Shown: in pieces, positions 13,720-22,223 of the stretch
How positions within the stretch are numbered: the stretch's first letter is position 1
How the letters are laid out: every line of letters begins with the position of its first letter
IMG/VR virus record: IMGVR_UViG_3300022882_000107
Span: 1 to 24,814 of that record
Strand: one strand, 5' to 3'
Source of the DNA: a virus
Lineage: Duplodnaviria; Caudoviricetes
Length of the DNA stretch: 24,814 nucleotides
Position numbers and translations under genes: made by a program
The notes under the pieces: generated by a model
What the model was told of the DNA's origin: nothing
What the model saw: only the letters and a program-made list of their open reading frames with translations
Databases searched by the model: none

Positions 13720-15413
13720 GAAAACAAGGACCTTCAGTGATAGACCAGAAGATGCACGAAAGTGTGGAAGATTCAATTAGTAATTTAAGTTATAAGAGAG
13801 ATTTACACAAAGAGTTTGTTGCTAACTATGTTGGAAATCATTATTCAGATGACCTTACTTTAGGTGCTACTAAGATTTATGAAAACAATATTGAGTTGTT
13901 TGTTGCTACATACACTTCCTCTATGGCACCAGCCGAACTTGTAACTCATGTAACATCTGACATAATGAGCCTTTCTGGTATGGCAAAGACAATATCAATG
14001 GGGGCTGATAAAGACATAAAAGAAGCAAATCTTGCAGAGTGTCTTTCTAAAGTTTATGTGGATTCATTATTTACTCTTGGAATTGTGAAGATTGGTTTGT
14101 CAAAGATTGCTACCTATGAAGGACGTGATATCGCAGCACCATTTGCCGACTATGTTCCTTTCGATAATTACTTCATAGATATGTCAGCAAAGACAAGTGA
14201 TGCAATTCAGTTTGAGGGAAATGACTATTGGCTTGAAGCAGATTTGATTGATGAGATTTTTAACAAAAAAGTTGATGGTGAAGATAATGAGATTGATGAA
14301 TCACAAGGCGGAAAGACGCAATCTCTTAGTGGTGTCAATCCAGCTATAACGACTTATAAAGATAGAGTTCATTTGAGAGATGTTTGGGTTCCTTCCGAAA
14401 GTAAGATTTACACTTATGTTGTTGAAACTTTGGAATTAATTTCAGAGGTTGAATATGATGGTGATGAAGATGGTCCGTATGAAAGATTGTTTTATTGGGA
14501 TGTTCCTGGAAATATATTACCGCTAAGTCCTCTTGCATCTGTATTTGGAATGAGTACACTTTGCAATGATATTTACCGCAAAAATGCAATGCAAGCTCTC
14601 TCCCAAAAGAATATATCAGTTGTTGGTAGTGGTGATGATGATGATGCTATCAGAGCAAACTCTACTCCAGATGGACATATCGTTTCTATGAGAAAAGGTT
14701 CACGTCCGGAGAAGGTTAATCTGGGTGGACTGCAAACAAACACTATGGTATTTTCAGACAATCTACGAACTAATTTTTCTAGGCAATCCGGCAATCTTGA
14801 TTCTCTTGGTGGACTTCGACCGCAAGCAGATACTTATAAACAAGAAGATTTGCTCAACGAGAATGCAAGCGGTGGAATCGCTTATATGTCAGCTAGACTG
14901 AATAAGTTTGTAAATAAGATTGTTAGCCGATTTATATATTACAGATGGACAGATCCAGTCGCTCAAATGGATTTAGAAAAACCAATTGGTAAAACTGGAT
15001 TGGTTCTTCCTGTTCAGTGGAATAGCGAAACTCAAGAAGGTGACTTTTTGGATTTCAACTTTGATGTTGAGATTGTATCAGCAGTTGACAAGTCTCCAGA
15101 AGCTAGGTATCAGAAGCTAGTTGGCACAATGAACGAAATTATACTCCCTCTTGGTCCAGCTATTGAAGCAGCCGGTGGAGTTATAGATGCTCAAGCAATT
15201 ATCAAACGTGCATCTGAATTAAGGAATTTACCAGAGTTAGAAGATATCATTAAATTTGGTCAGCCTGTTCAGACAGAAGAAGAGTCTGCTGATAGGCAAG
15301 TAACAAAGCCCCCATCAGAACCAAAGGTCTATCAACACATTGGTGGTGGCGGTGGACAACCAGAGGGATTGGCTAATATGTTGCAGTCTGAAGGTGGAGG
15401 TGAAAGTCAATAA
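13716..15413 (+). CDS. Portal protein
   Basis: 565 aa immediately after terL; GIVKIG and YVPFDNYFID segments typical of P22/podovirus-like portals; disordered Q/G/P tail. Confidence 0.82.
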   Translation: MRKQGPSVIDQKMHESVEDSISNLSYKRDLHKEFVANYVGNHYSDDLTLGATKIYENNIELFVATYTSSMAPAELVTHVTSDIMSLSGMAKTISMGADKDIKEANLAECLSKVYVDSLFTLGIVKIGLSKIATYEGRDIAAPFADYVPFDNYFIDMSAKTSDAIQFEGNDYWLEADLIDEIFNKKVDGEDNEIDESQGGKTQSLSGVNPAITTYKDRVHLRDVWVPSESKIYTYVVETLELISEVEYDGDEDGPYERLFYWDVPGNILPLSPLASVFGMSTLCNDIYRKNAMQALSQKNISVVGSGDDDDAIRANSTPDGHIVSMRKGSRPEKVNLGGLQTNTMVFSDNLRTNFSRQSGNLDSLGGLRPQADTYKQEDLLNENASGGIAYMSARLNKFVNKIVSRFIYYRWTDPVAQMDLEKPIGKTGLVLPVQWNSETQEGDFLDFNFDVEIVSAVDKSPEARYQKLVGTMNEIILPLGPAIEAAGGVIDAQAIIKRASELRNLPELEDIIKFGQPVQTEEESADRQVTKPPSEPKVYQHIGGGGGQPEGLANMLQSEGGGESQ

Positions 15414-15754
15414 TGCCTATCTACGTCTACGAAACTAAAGATGGTGAAAAAATAGATAAAGTTTTTTCTTTACAAAAGCGACCAGAAACTATAACATTAC
15501 AAGATGGAAGAGTCGCTAAGAGGATTTTTGCTGTTTGTAGCTTTAGTGGTGGAGATACTTCTAAGGGTTGGCCATTGAAAGATTTCGCTTGTGGTGTCTC
15601 TCCAAGTGAGGTAGCGGAACGTAGAGCAGAATTTAAGAAAAAAGGTATAAAAGCGGATGTTCACCCTGACGGTGATATTATTCATCATAATGCGGTTGAA
15701 CGAAAAGATACATTAAAAAAACTTGGTCTACATGACCGAAATTGTTATAACTAG
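15413..15754 (+). CDS. FmdB-like phage protein (degenerate zinc ribbon)
   Basis: MPIYVYE...G...F N-terminus and RIF motif; this family often lies between portal and scaffold; CxxC pairs absent. Confidence 0.65.
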   Translation: MPIYVYETKDGEKIDKVFSLQKRPETITLQDGRVAKRIFAVCSFSGGDTSKGWPLKDFACGVSPSEVAERRAEFKKKGIKADVHPDGDIIHHNAVERKDTLKKLGLHDRNCYN

Positions 15755-15765
15755 GAGAAATTGAA

Positions 15766-16620
15766 ATGGCTAAAGATATAGTAAAAGAAACGATGAAAGA
15801 AATGTTGACTATTGCTGATGAAGCAAGCAAGGGCGTAAACGCTGAAGATATTGCGGTTGACCCACTTGGACAAGAAGATGTAAAAGATGAGAAAATTGTT
15901 GAAGAGAAAAAACAAGATGAACCAATCGTAGACGAGGTAGAAGTCGAGGATGACGATGGACAAGATGACGGACAAGATGACGATGCAGAGTTTAATGTAA
16001 GTGACGAAGTGGTTGAAAGTGCAATCAAGGCTGGAATGAGCTATTCAGATATTTTGAAACTTAACGATGAAGATATGATAAGTAGAATGGCAAATCTTTC
16101 CATTAACAAAAATGTTGACAAAAAAGAAGATGCTCCAAAAGCAGATGAACCAATGGATTTGTCATTTCTTGATATAGAAGATATCTTTGAGATGGAAGAC
16201 CCAGCAGCAGTATTTACAGGATTAAAAGGAATAATTTCAGGTTTAGCAGACCAAATCTCTACGTTGAAAACTCAACGTCAACAGGACGTGCTAATTGACG
16301 GCACCTCGGAGATGATGTCAAAGTTAAAACCAGAACAGCAGGTAAAGGTAAGGGAGAAAATGGATGTTCTCTCAAAGGGATATAGTCAAAGTGGGGTAAA
16401 GGCTAGTGCAAGTGACATTTTTAATGAAGCTTCAAAATTAGCATTGGGAGATACTTTGTCTAAGGATGCAATAAATAAATTGACAAATCGTTCTAAAAAG
16501 ACCATTCAACGAGTACCAGGTAAAAAGGGTATAAAGGTTAAACGAGCTTTAACCGAAGAAGAAGCCCATGAAAGTGTACTTGCAAAAATGGAAAAAAAGA
16601 TGGACGGTTTTGCTAAATAG
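15766..16620 (+). CDS. Capsid scaffolding protein
   Basis: Very acidic N-terminal half, basic C-terminus, directly before the capsid gene; AGGAG RBS. Confidence 0.7.
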   Translation: MAKDIVKETMKEMLTIADEASKGVNAEDIAVDPLGQEDVKDEKIVEEKKQDEPIVDEVEVEDDDGQDDGQDDDAEFNVSDEVVESAIKAGMSYSDILKLNDEDMISRMANLSINKNVDKKEDAPKADEPMDLSFLDIEDIFEMEDPAAVFTGLKGIISGLADQISTLKTQRQQDVLIDGTSEMMSKLKPEQQVKVREKMDVLSKGYSQSGVKASASDIFNEASKLALGDTLSKDAINKLTNRSKKTIQRVPGKKGIKVKRALTEEEAHESVLAKMEKKMDGFAK

Positions 16621-16633
16621 AAAGAGCTAAACA

Positions 16634-17674
16634 ATGGCAATTCAAGAATTAACACCAGACCAGATTAATGATTTGGTTGAGGGCACACTACCTGATATAG
16701 TAAAAAAGGGTGGTTATACGAATTTACAAACAGATATTACTGAATTTGTGGGAATGAGTAATCTGTATGATAAACATATAAAAACATTTCATGGCGGTAT
16801 GCCTTGGCGTGTTGACGCACAGGTTGACCAAAATCATAGTGCAAAATGGACAGGGTTGTATGCGGATGATTCAACTGCTTCTGGCGATACAATGGAGAAA
16901 ATCGAGATTAAACCTCGTTTCTTAACGGCAAATATTACTTGGGATGTAAAAGAACCTATGTTCCAGCAAGGTGCTTCGGCAATTTATGACTTGCTCGAAA
17001 CTCGTAGTACTGCTAGAGATGTTTCTATTGCAGAAAAGCTTGAAAATTCAATCTTTAATGGTGCACAAGATTCCAGTGACAAACTTACTATGTTTGGTTT
17101 GGATTATTGGCTGCAGAGAAGTGCTAGTAAAGGCTTCAATGGTGGAGACCCTGCTGGTTTTGCAGAAGGTTGCGGTGGTTTAAAAATTGCTGATGTTCCT
17201 CGTTGGGCTAATTACACAGATACTTATTCTGCTATTACAAAAACTGACCTTGTTAAAGCAATGAGAACAGCTTTTGTGAAAACAAACTTCAAGTCTATTA
17301 CTAAAAATGCTGTTCCAATGCTTGGCAAAGGAAGAGGCATTTATTGTACAACAGATACACTGTTAGAGTTTGAAGATATTTTAGATGCAGGAAACATGAA
17401 TCTTGGTACAGATTTAACAAATACAGCTGGCGAAGTTCTGTTTAAGAGCTTACCACTTGTTGCTGTTCCTATTTTGGATGACGATGCTACAGCTCCAATC
17501 TTGATGATTGATTGGAATACAATGGCATTTGGCATTCAGGCTGGTTGGAAAAAGAAGATGAGTAAACCTACGCAAGTAGCAAACAAACATACTGTTTTCC
17601 AAGTTCATACAGACATGGTTGTTAATCTCGCCTGTACTAATCGTAGAAACAATTCTATTATTTACAAGGTTTAA
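16634..17674 (+). CDS. Major capsid protein (HK97-like fold)
   Basis: 346 aa after scaffold; LENSIFNG...MFGLDYW and C-terminal NLACTNRRNN resemble podovirus-type MCPs. Confidence 0.82.
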   Translation: MAIQELTPDQINDLVEGTLPDIVKKGGYTNLQTDITEFVGMSNLYDKHIKTFHGGMPWRVDAQVDQNHSAKWTGLYADDSTASGDTMEKIEIKPRFLTANITWDVKEPMFQQGASAIYDLLETRSTARDVSIAEKLENSIFNGAQDSSDKLTMFGLDYWLQRSASKGFNGGDPAGFAEGCGGLKIADVPRWANYTDTYSAITKTDLVKAMRTAFVKTNFKSITKNAVPMLGKGRGIYCTTDTLLEFEDILDAGNMNLGTDLTNTAGEVLFKSLPLVAVPILDDDATAPILMIDWNTMAFGIQAGWKKKMSKPTQVANKHTVFQVHTDMVVNLACTNRRNNSIIYKV

Positions 17675-17704
17675 AATAATATTTAAAGGAAAGAGGATAT
17701 TAAA

Positions 17705-18715
17705 ATGAGTGGTGGACCAAACACAATCGTAAATGCTCCTAACAGAGAAGTTATGAGACAAAAATATGATGGAACGGATGCAATTGAAGTGGGTGAAAGC
17801 TTCTTCGGTGATTCAGATGAGGTTAATGTAGTAGTAAGACCAACAATAGCAGCTTCAAGGCGTTTTGCTGGTGTTTCAATGGAAGCTCAAAGAGCTAATA
17901 CTACACGCAATTATATTGATCTTGCAACTCCAGGCTCTAAGTCTGCGCAGGTTGCTGTTGCTGAAAATGTAAGTATCGGCGACCCTATTTCTGCTCTTGT
18001 TGCAGATGGTCGAGGATTCTTTGTTAAAGGTGGTATTGCAGGTACTTCTACGGCAGTTGCTAAACAAGCTACGACAAATGTACTTGTTTCGTTACTTGCG
18101 AATACAGCAAGTGTTGCAGATGATGGTATCACAATTACGTTGCCAGAAGCTGTCACAACGACTGCTGCTGGACAGACTGTTCAGATTCTATCAAGTGCCG
18201 CTGGTGTTTTAACCGGTGGAAGCTATAAGATATCAAGTGTTACTAGCACAACAGTTATTGTGTTGACTTCAACTTGTGCTGGCAGTGTTCTAAGTGGTGC
18301 TACAAAAGCATGTCTATGTATATATGCTGTAAAACCTCTGGTTTATGCAGAAATACTAGATGGTGTTCAAACTTGTGGCGTTCAATACATTAATGGTATT
18401 GCAGCAACATTGACTCCTACAGGTGTTACAGTTTGTCAAGGCAATCAAGCTTTGGCTGCTGATATTACTGTTACAATCCCAGCTGGCGAACAAGGCGACT
18501 TTAAAGTTGTCAAGATGGCTGCTGCTGGTATTACTGGTGGTTTTGTTTACAACATAACTCCTGCTGCTGGCGTTTCACTCGTTGATACTGATGGTACAAC
18601 TGATCTTGCTTCTGCTGACCTTACAAATGCAGCTACGTCTGTTTTTGGTATGCAGTATATAGGAACCTCTTGGTTTTTAAGTAAAATTGTTGGTGTTACT
18701 GAAACAGGAAGTTAA
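17705..18715 (+). CDS. Capsid decoration/cement-like protein with extra beta domains
   Basis: Follows MCP; A/T/G/V-rich; RFAGVS and VSIGDPI segments resemble cement proteins. Confidence 0.55.
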   Translation: MSGGPNTIVNAPNREVMRQKYDGTDAIEVGESFFGDSDEVNVVVRPTIAASRRFAGVSMEAQRANTTRNYIDLATPGSKSAQVAVAENVSIGDPISALVADGRGFFVKGGIAGTSTAVAKQATTNVLVSLLANTASVADDGITITLPEAVTTTAAGQTVQILSSAAGVLTGGSYKISSVTSTTVIVLTSTCAGSVLSGATKACLCIYAVKPLVYAEILDGVQTCGVQYINGIAATLTPTGVTVCQGNQALAADITVTIPAGEQGDFKVVKMAAAGITGGFVYNITPAAGVSLVDTDGTTDLASADLTNAATSVFGMQYIGTSWFLSKIVGVTETGS

Positions 18716-18726
18716 GGTAAAATAAT

Positions 18727-19470
18727 ATGAATACCTACGAGACACTGAAATCAGATGTTGGCTACTTTCTTGGATATGGACACAGTGGATTTTCTGCTGA
18801 TGAAGTATTAGAGATTGAAAAAGCAGTCAACAAGGGCGTTGATGCGTTTTTGCATCCTAAGATAGTTGATGAAGTTGGTTACAAATGGTCGTTTCTAACG
18901 CCTGTTTCTACCATCACTTTGACTGTTGACGAAGATACTTACGCATTGCCTTCTGGTATTACTGGAATCGTAGGTAATTTACATTATCCAAAAGATAGTG
19001 GGCTTGCGTCCATAGCTTTTGATGTCGGTCAACAAAGAATTGAAGAAGCTCAACAATTTTATGGGAATGAAGGATATCCAACTTTGGGTACTCTTCTTTC
19101 CACAAAGGTTGATGATGCTTTAGTTCAAAAATTACTTGTTTATCCTACGCCCCAAGTAGAGGTAGTTATCACGTTCAAAGGGATAATTGATGTTGACGAA
19201 ACTATCGTTGATGCCGAATCTCCTGCTGGAATGGAATTATACTCTGGGGTTATCAGTCAATCTTGTTTGGCAGCTGCTGAACTTTACGTGGATGATGATG
19301 ATGGTAAACATGAAAAGAGATTTGTTGAAATGTTGAAGGGAGCAATTGATCGTGATAGAAGGCTGAAACCTAGTTTACTTGGTTATGCTGGCGATAAAAG
19401 ACCTTTTCAATCTGATGTCTTTAATTATAATGGTTCAAGTCCGTTTTATAACAACTTTAGGAGAGAATAA
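18727..19470 (+). CDS. Head-tail adaptor protein
   Basis: WSFL...TLTVDEDTYALPS and LLVYPTP motifs typical of podovirus adaptor/tail tubular proteins. Confidence 0.72.
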   Translation: MNTYETLKSDVGYFLGYGHSGFSADEVLEIEKAVNKGVDAFLHPKIVDEVGYKWSFLTPVSTITLTVDEDTYALPSGITGIVGNLHYPKDSGLASIAFDVGQQRIEEAQQFYGNEGYPTLGTLLSTKVDDALVQKLLVYPTPQVEVVITFKGIIDVDETIVDAESPAGMELYSGVISQSCLAAAELYVDDDDGKHEKRFVEMLKGAIDRDRRLKPSLLGYAGDKRPFQSDVFNYNGSSPFYNNFRRE

Positions 19471-20216
19471 TGAGAGCAAGAGTAAAAGATTTACTTCATA
19501 TTAAGAACGATGAAGCAGTTGATGGGTTGATGAAAGGAATAGGAGTAACGACTCCTACTGACGGAGACCCAGGATGGATGGGTGGTGCTACTTTTTTGAA
19601 TAGTACCAATGGTTATGTTTATTACAATGAAGGTAGTATTACTTCTTGTGATTTCAATAAAAGTGATACGCTGACAGTTGCTCAGATAGCTTTGCTTGAT
19701 GTTACGGCTGGTACGGCTGAGGCAAGTAAAGTATTAACAGCTGATGCTAATATTGACATTGATACACTTAGAAATGTTGGACTTACTGGTGACCTTACGG
19801 TTGGTGGTGACGCGGCAGTTACCGGAGCTATTACAGCTGCTTCTCTAGTTGTTGCATCATTAAGTAATACACCTGTTGCTAGGACAGCGACAACTACTGG
19901 TGCGACTACTGGTACTATTGCAGATGCAGGTGTTTTTCAGCATGTTAATGTGACTTCGGATAGTGCTGCTAAAATTATTATACTTCCTACTCCTACGCCT
20001 GGAACTATAGTAGTATTGGCGGTTACTTCTACAGGGTATGAGTTGAGGTCAAGTGCACCATCTACTGTACTGATTGGTGGAGGTACAGGAGGGGCAGCTG
20101 TTGAGTCAGCTATTCCAGCAGATAGTGTAGCGGTTCTATATTGTACTTCAGCTACTTCGTGGCTTGGTTTTACAATTACAGGAACTACTTTGGCTGCTGT
20201 TGAAGCGGCTGCTTAA
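19470..20216 (+). CDS. Virion structural protein (fibre/spike-like)
   Basis: T/A/G-rich; YYNEGS motif, GDLTVGGDAAVTG repeat and IIILPTPTPG C-terminal domain. Confidence 0.6.
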   Translation: MRARVKDLLHIKNDEAVDGLMKGIGVTTPTDGDPGWMGGATFLNSTNGYVYYNEGSITSCDFNKSDTLTVAQIALLDVTAGTAEASKVLTADANIDIDTLRNVGLTGDLTVGGDAAVTGAITAASLVVASLSNTPVARTATTTGATTGTIADAGVFQHVNVTSDSAAKIIILPTPTPGTIVVLAVTSTGYELRSSAPSTVLIGGGTGGAAVESAIPADSVAVLYCTSATSWLGFTITGTTLAAVEAAA

Positions 20217-20230
20217 ATGAGAAAACAAGT

Positions 20231-20256
20231 GCGACTCTTCGGGGTCGCTTAACTTT
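20231..20256 (+). terminator. UUCG hairpin, weak terminator
   Basis: GCGACTC-TTCG-GGGTCGC followed by TTAACTTT, between structural and lysis genes. Confidence 0.6.
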
Positions 20257-20271
20257 AGAAAGGTTTTTCTC

Positions 20272-20559
20272 ATGGACAATGTTGTTGAAATGGTTGCGAT
20301 ATCGAAGTTGGCTATTTATGTACTAATAGGAGTTACGGTTTTCTTCTGGTCGCTAATCATGGCGATGCTCGGTTGGTACATTAAAATGACGTATGCTGTT
20401 CAACAGAGGCTTATCGATAGGGTTGGAACCTTAGAGAAGGATTCAGTTACTTGGCCTAAGTGCGAGGACTTGAGAGACAAATGCCCTTGGGGCAAAGCAT
20501 CGGAGGAGTTGAGACATAACGTTCAAAGGCTTCTTGTTGCAAATGGGATAGTAACATAG
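20272..20559 (+). CDS. Single-TM membrane protein (holin/antiholin-like)
   Basis: One TM helix then a short coiled coil; first gene of the lysis cluster. Confidence 0.55.
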   Translation: MDNVVEMVAISKLAIYVLIGVTVFFWSLIMAMLGWYIKMTYAVQQRLIDRVGTLEKDSVTWPKCEDLRDKCPWGKASEELRHNVQRLLVANGIVT

Positions 20560-20570
20560 AAAGGTAAATT

Positions 20571-20810
20571 ATGGCAGAACTATTAAAATGGGTTGGCGGT
20601 TCGATAGTGGTTATCTATTGTCTGCTTAAAGGAGCTAAAGAAGTAATTCTTTTAACTCCATCAAAGAAAGATGATAAGTTTTGGAACAGCTCTCTTGTAA
20701 AGGGTGGAAATGTTATGATTCAACTCGGTGCTGATTTATTCAAAATCGAGAAGATTAAAGGGTTGATTGTTTTGAAACCTATTGACATACCAGAGGATGA
20801 CGTGGAATGA
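20571..20810 (+). CDS. Putative holin
   Basis: Hydrophobic N-terminus and LTPSKKDD motif seen in small phage holin-like proteins (TPxxxDD). Confidence 0.55.
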   Translation: MAELLKWVGGSIVVIYCLLKGAKEVILLTPSKKDDKFWNSSLVKGGNVMIQLGADLFKIEKIKGLIVLKPIDIPEDDVE

Positions 20811-20983
20811 CCGGGAAGCTTATAACAGGGTTATTTGCTGGGATAGCTACCTTGGTGGTAGCTATCCTTACTTTTATTTTCAAAAGGAAAGATAAAAAAG
20901 ATGCAGATAAAAAGAAATCTAAGAAGAGCATGGTTGATAGTGTTGATTCTGACCGTGAGCGTTTTATTCAGCGTGGGCTGTAG
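20807..20983 (+). CDS. Putative i-spanin (58 aa)
   Basis: Not in track. MTGKLITGLFAGIATLVVAILTFIFKRKDKK...; N-terminal TM; ATGA-coupled; overlaps the lipoprotein gene in another frame. Confidence 0.6.
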   Translation: MTGKLITGLFAGIATLVVAILTFIFKRKDKKDADKKKSKKSMVDSVDSDRERFIQRGL

Positions 20984-21173
20984 AACGACACCAGAACACG
21001 TTAAAATCTTCAATCCAGAAGGTATGTACGTGATAAGCAGGAGTAGAGGCAAGGTAGAACTTTACAGCAAGAATAAGGGAACCAATTCCTTTAGTTATTT
21101 TGGTTGGAAGAATTTGAGTACCCTAGAGGGCTATAGTATAACATTAGTAGATTGGACAAAAGAAGATGATTGA
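20901..21173 (+). CDS. Lipoprotein, putative o-spanin
   Basis: Basic N-terminus, hydrophobic core, lipobox-like FSVG-C; starts within the TM gene. Confidence 0.62.
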   Translation: MQIKRNLRRAWLIVLILTVSVLFSVGCRTTPEHVKIFNPEGMYVISRSRGKVELYSKNKGTNSFSYFGWKNLSTLEGYSITLVDWTKEDD

Positions 21174-21927
21174 GAAAATAATAAAGTTTTTTATGTTTAT
21201 ATTTTATTGGGCGGTAGCTCACGAGCCTGAAGAGGATGTGCCAGAACCTACGCCTGACCCTGAAAGACTAAAGACTGTTCAGAAAGTGCTCTTATGGATG
21301 GAGAGTGGCAGTGCGAAATTGCAAGACATAACGAATCTCAAACGATGCTCCATGAATCAGCATGATGTAATTATAACAGATACTAAAATAGATTTAAAGG
21401 CAACGAGAACAGTTCAGTTAGCTGGCGGTTTAGTTGCTCTGTGTGTACATCCTTGGTACTCCCCCTGGAATAAAGGTATGACAGAATGTCTGAAACAAGT
21501 TAAAGAATATGCAAAGCACTATGATTACATTGTACTTGACTACGAAGGTCCTCTTGCCAATGCAGACTTTGCTAAGAAGTTGCAACAGTTTGGCAAGCCT
21601 TTGATTCTTGCTCCTAAAGCCGACCCAAAGTATATGGTCGATCAATATGAAGGACTCTCCAACCTAGAGGGAGTTGTCTTTGCTTGGTGGAACTACAGTT
21701 ATACGCTGAAAGACTGGCAGAAATTTCTTAAAGACTATGAGTTTAGGTCATCTTGTAAACATCTAGTGCTTTTGAGTATAGGCAAAAAGTATCGTAAGTA
21801 CGTTTCAGATGCAGAGATTAAGAACATTATTTTGAATTTAAAGGATGTAAGGGCTGGTAGTTTTTCACCTAAGAATGACTATCCAGCATTCAGGGTGGTT
21901 AATAAGATTTTAATAAAGGGGAAATAA
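21166..21927 (+). CDS. Putative glycoside hydrolase (TIM-barrel-like), candidate endolysin
   Basis: YDYIVLDYEG acidic motif resembling GH18/GH25 catalytic strands; hydrophobic N-terminus and PE/PT linker; in the lysis cluster. Confidence 0.45.
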   Translation: MIEKIIKFFMFIFYWAVAHEPEEDVPEPTPDPERLKTVQKVLLWMESGSAKLQDITNLKRCSMNQHDVIITDTKIDLKATRTVQLAGGLVALCVHPWYSPWNKGMTECLKQVKEYAKHYDYIVLDYEGPLANADFAKKLQQFGKPLILAPKADPKYMVDQYEGLSNLEGVVFAWWNYSYTLKDWQKFLKDYEFRSSCKHLVLLSIGKKYRKYVSDAEIKNIILNLKDVRAGSFSPKNDYPAFRVVNKILIKGK

Positions 21928-22223
21928 TGAGTGTAACGATTACAGAAGCTAAACAAGTAGCGGATATGGCTACAGCAACGCAGACGGATTTGGAAACGTT
22001 GAAGATACCCGGGTCTATCGTGTTAGATGCAGTCAATATATCTAAGTCAACAGACGCTGATGCTTTCTGTGTCTATTTTTTGGCTTGGTTGAAAGCAAAT
22101 CGCCAGATTGAATTTAAAGCAAATGGCGTCATTTCGATGTGGAATGCTGATGTGAACGGTTACATGGACTTAAATGCGGAAGGAGCAACTGGTAGTGAAA
22201 ATATTAACTTGGATAACGTGTAG
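21927..22223 (+). CDS. Hypothetical protein, probably structural
   Basis: 98 aa; TAATG coupling; AAGGGG RBS. Confidence 0.65.
   Translation: MSVTITEAKQVADMATATQTDLETLKIPGSIVLDAVNISKSTDADAFCVYFLAWLKANRQIEFKANGVISMWNADVNGYMDLNAEGATGSENINLDNV

Noticed and set aside
15949-15987. DDDGQ repeats in the scaffold gene
   Set aside because: Ordinary low-complexity acidic linker.
7907-21645. Minus-strand and off-frame track ORFs overlapping plus-strand genes (e.g. 7907, 8094, 8406, 9011, 9446, 10512, 12309, 12380, 14344, 14573, 15497, 15678, 15751, 16971, 17341, 17450, 17876, 17911, 17997, 20831, 21430)
   Set aside because: They overlap well-supported genes or regulatory elements, with no motifs or translation signals.
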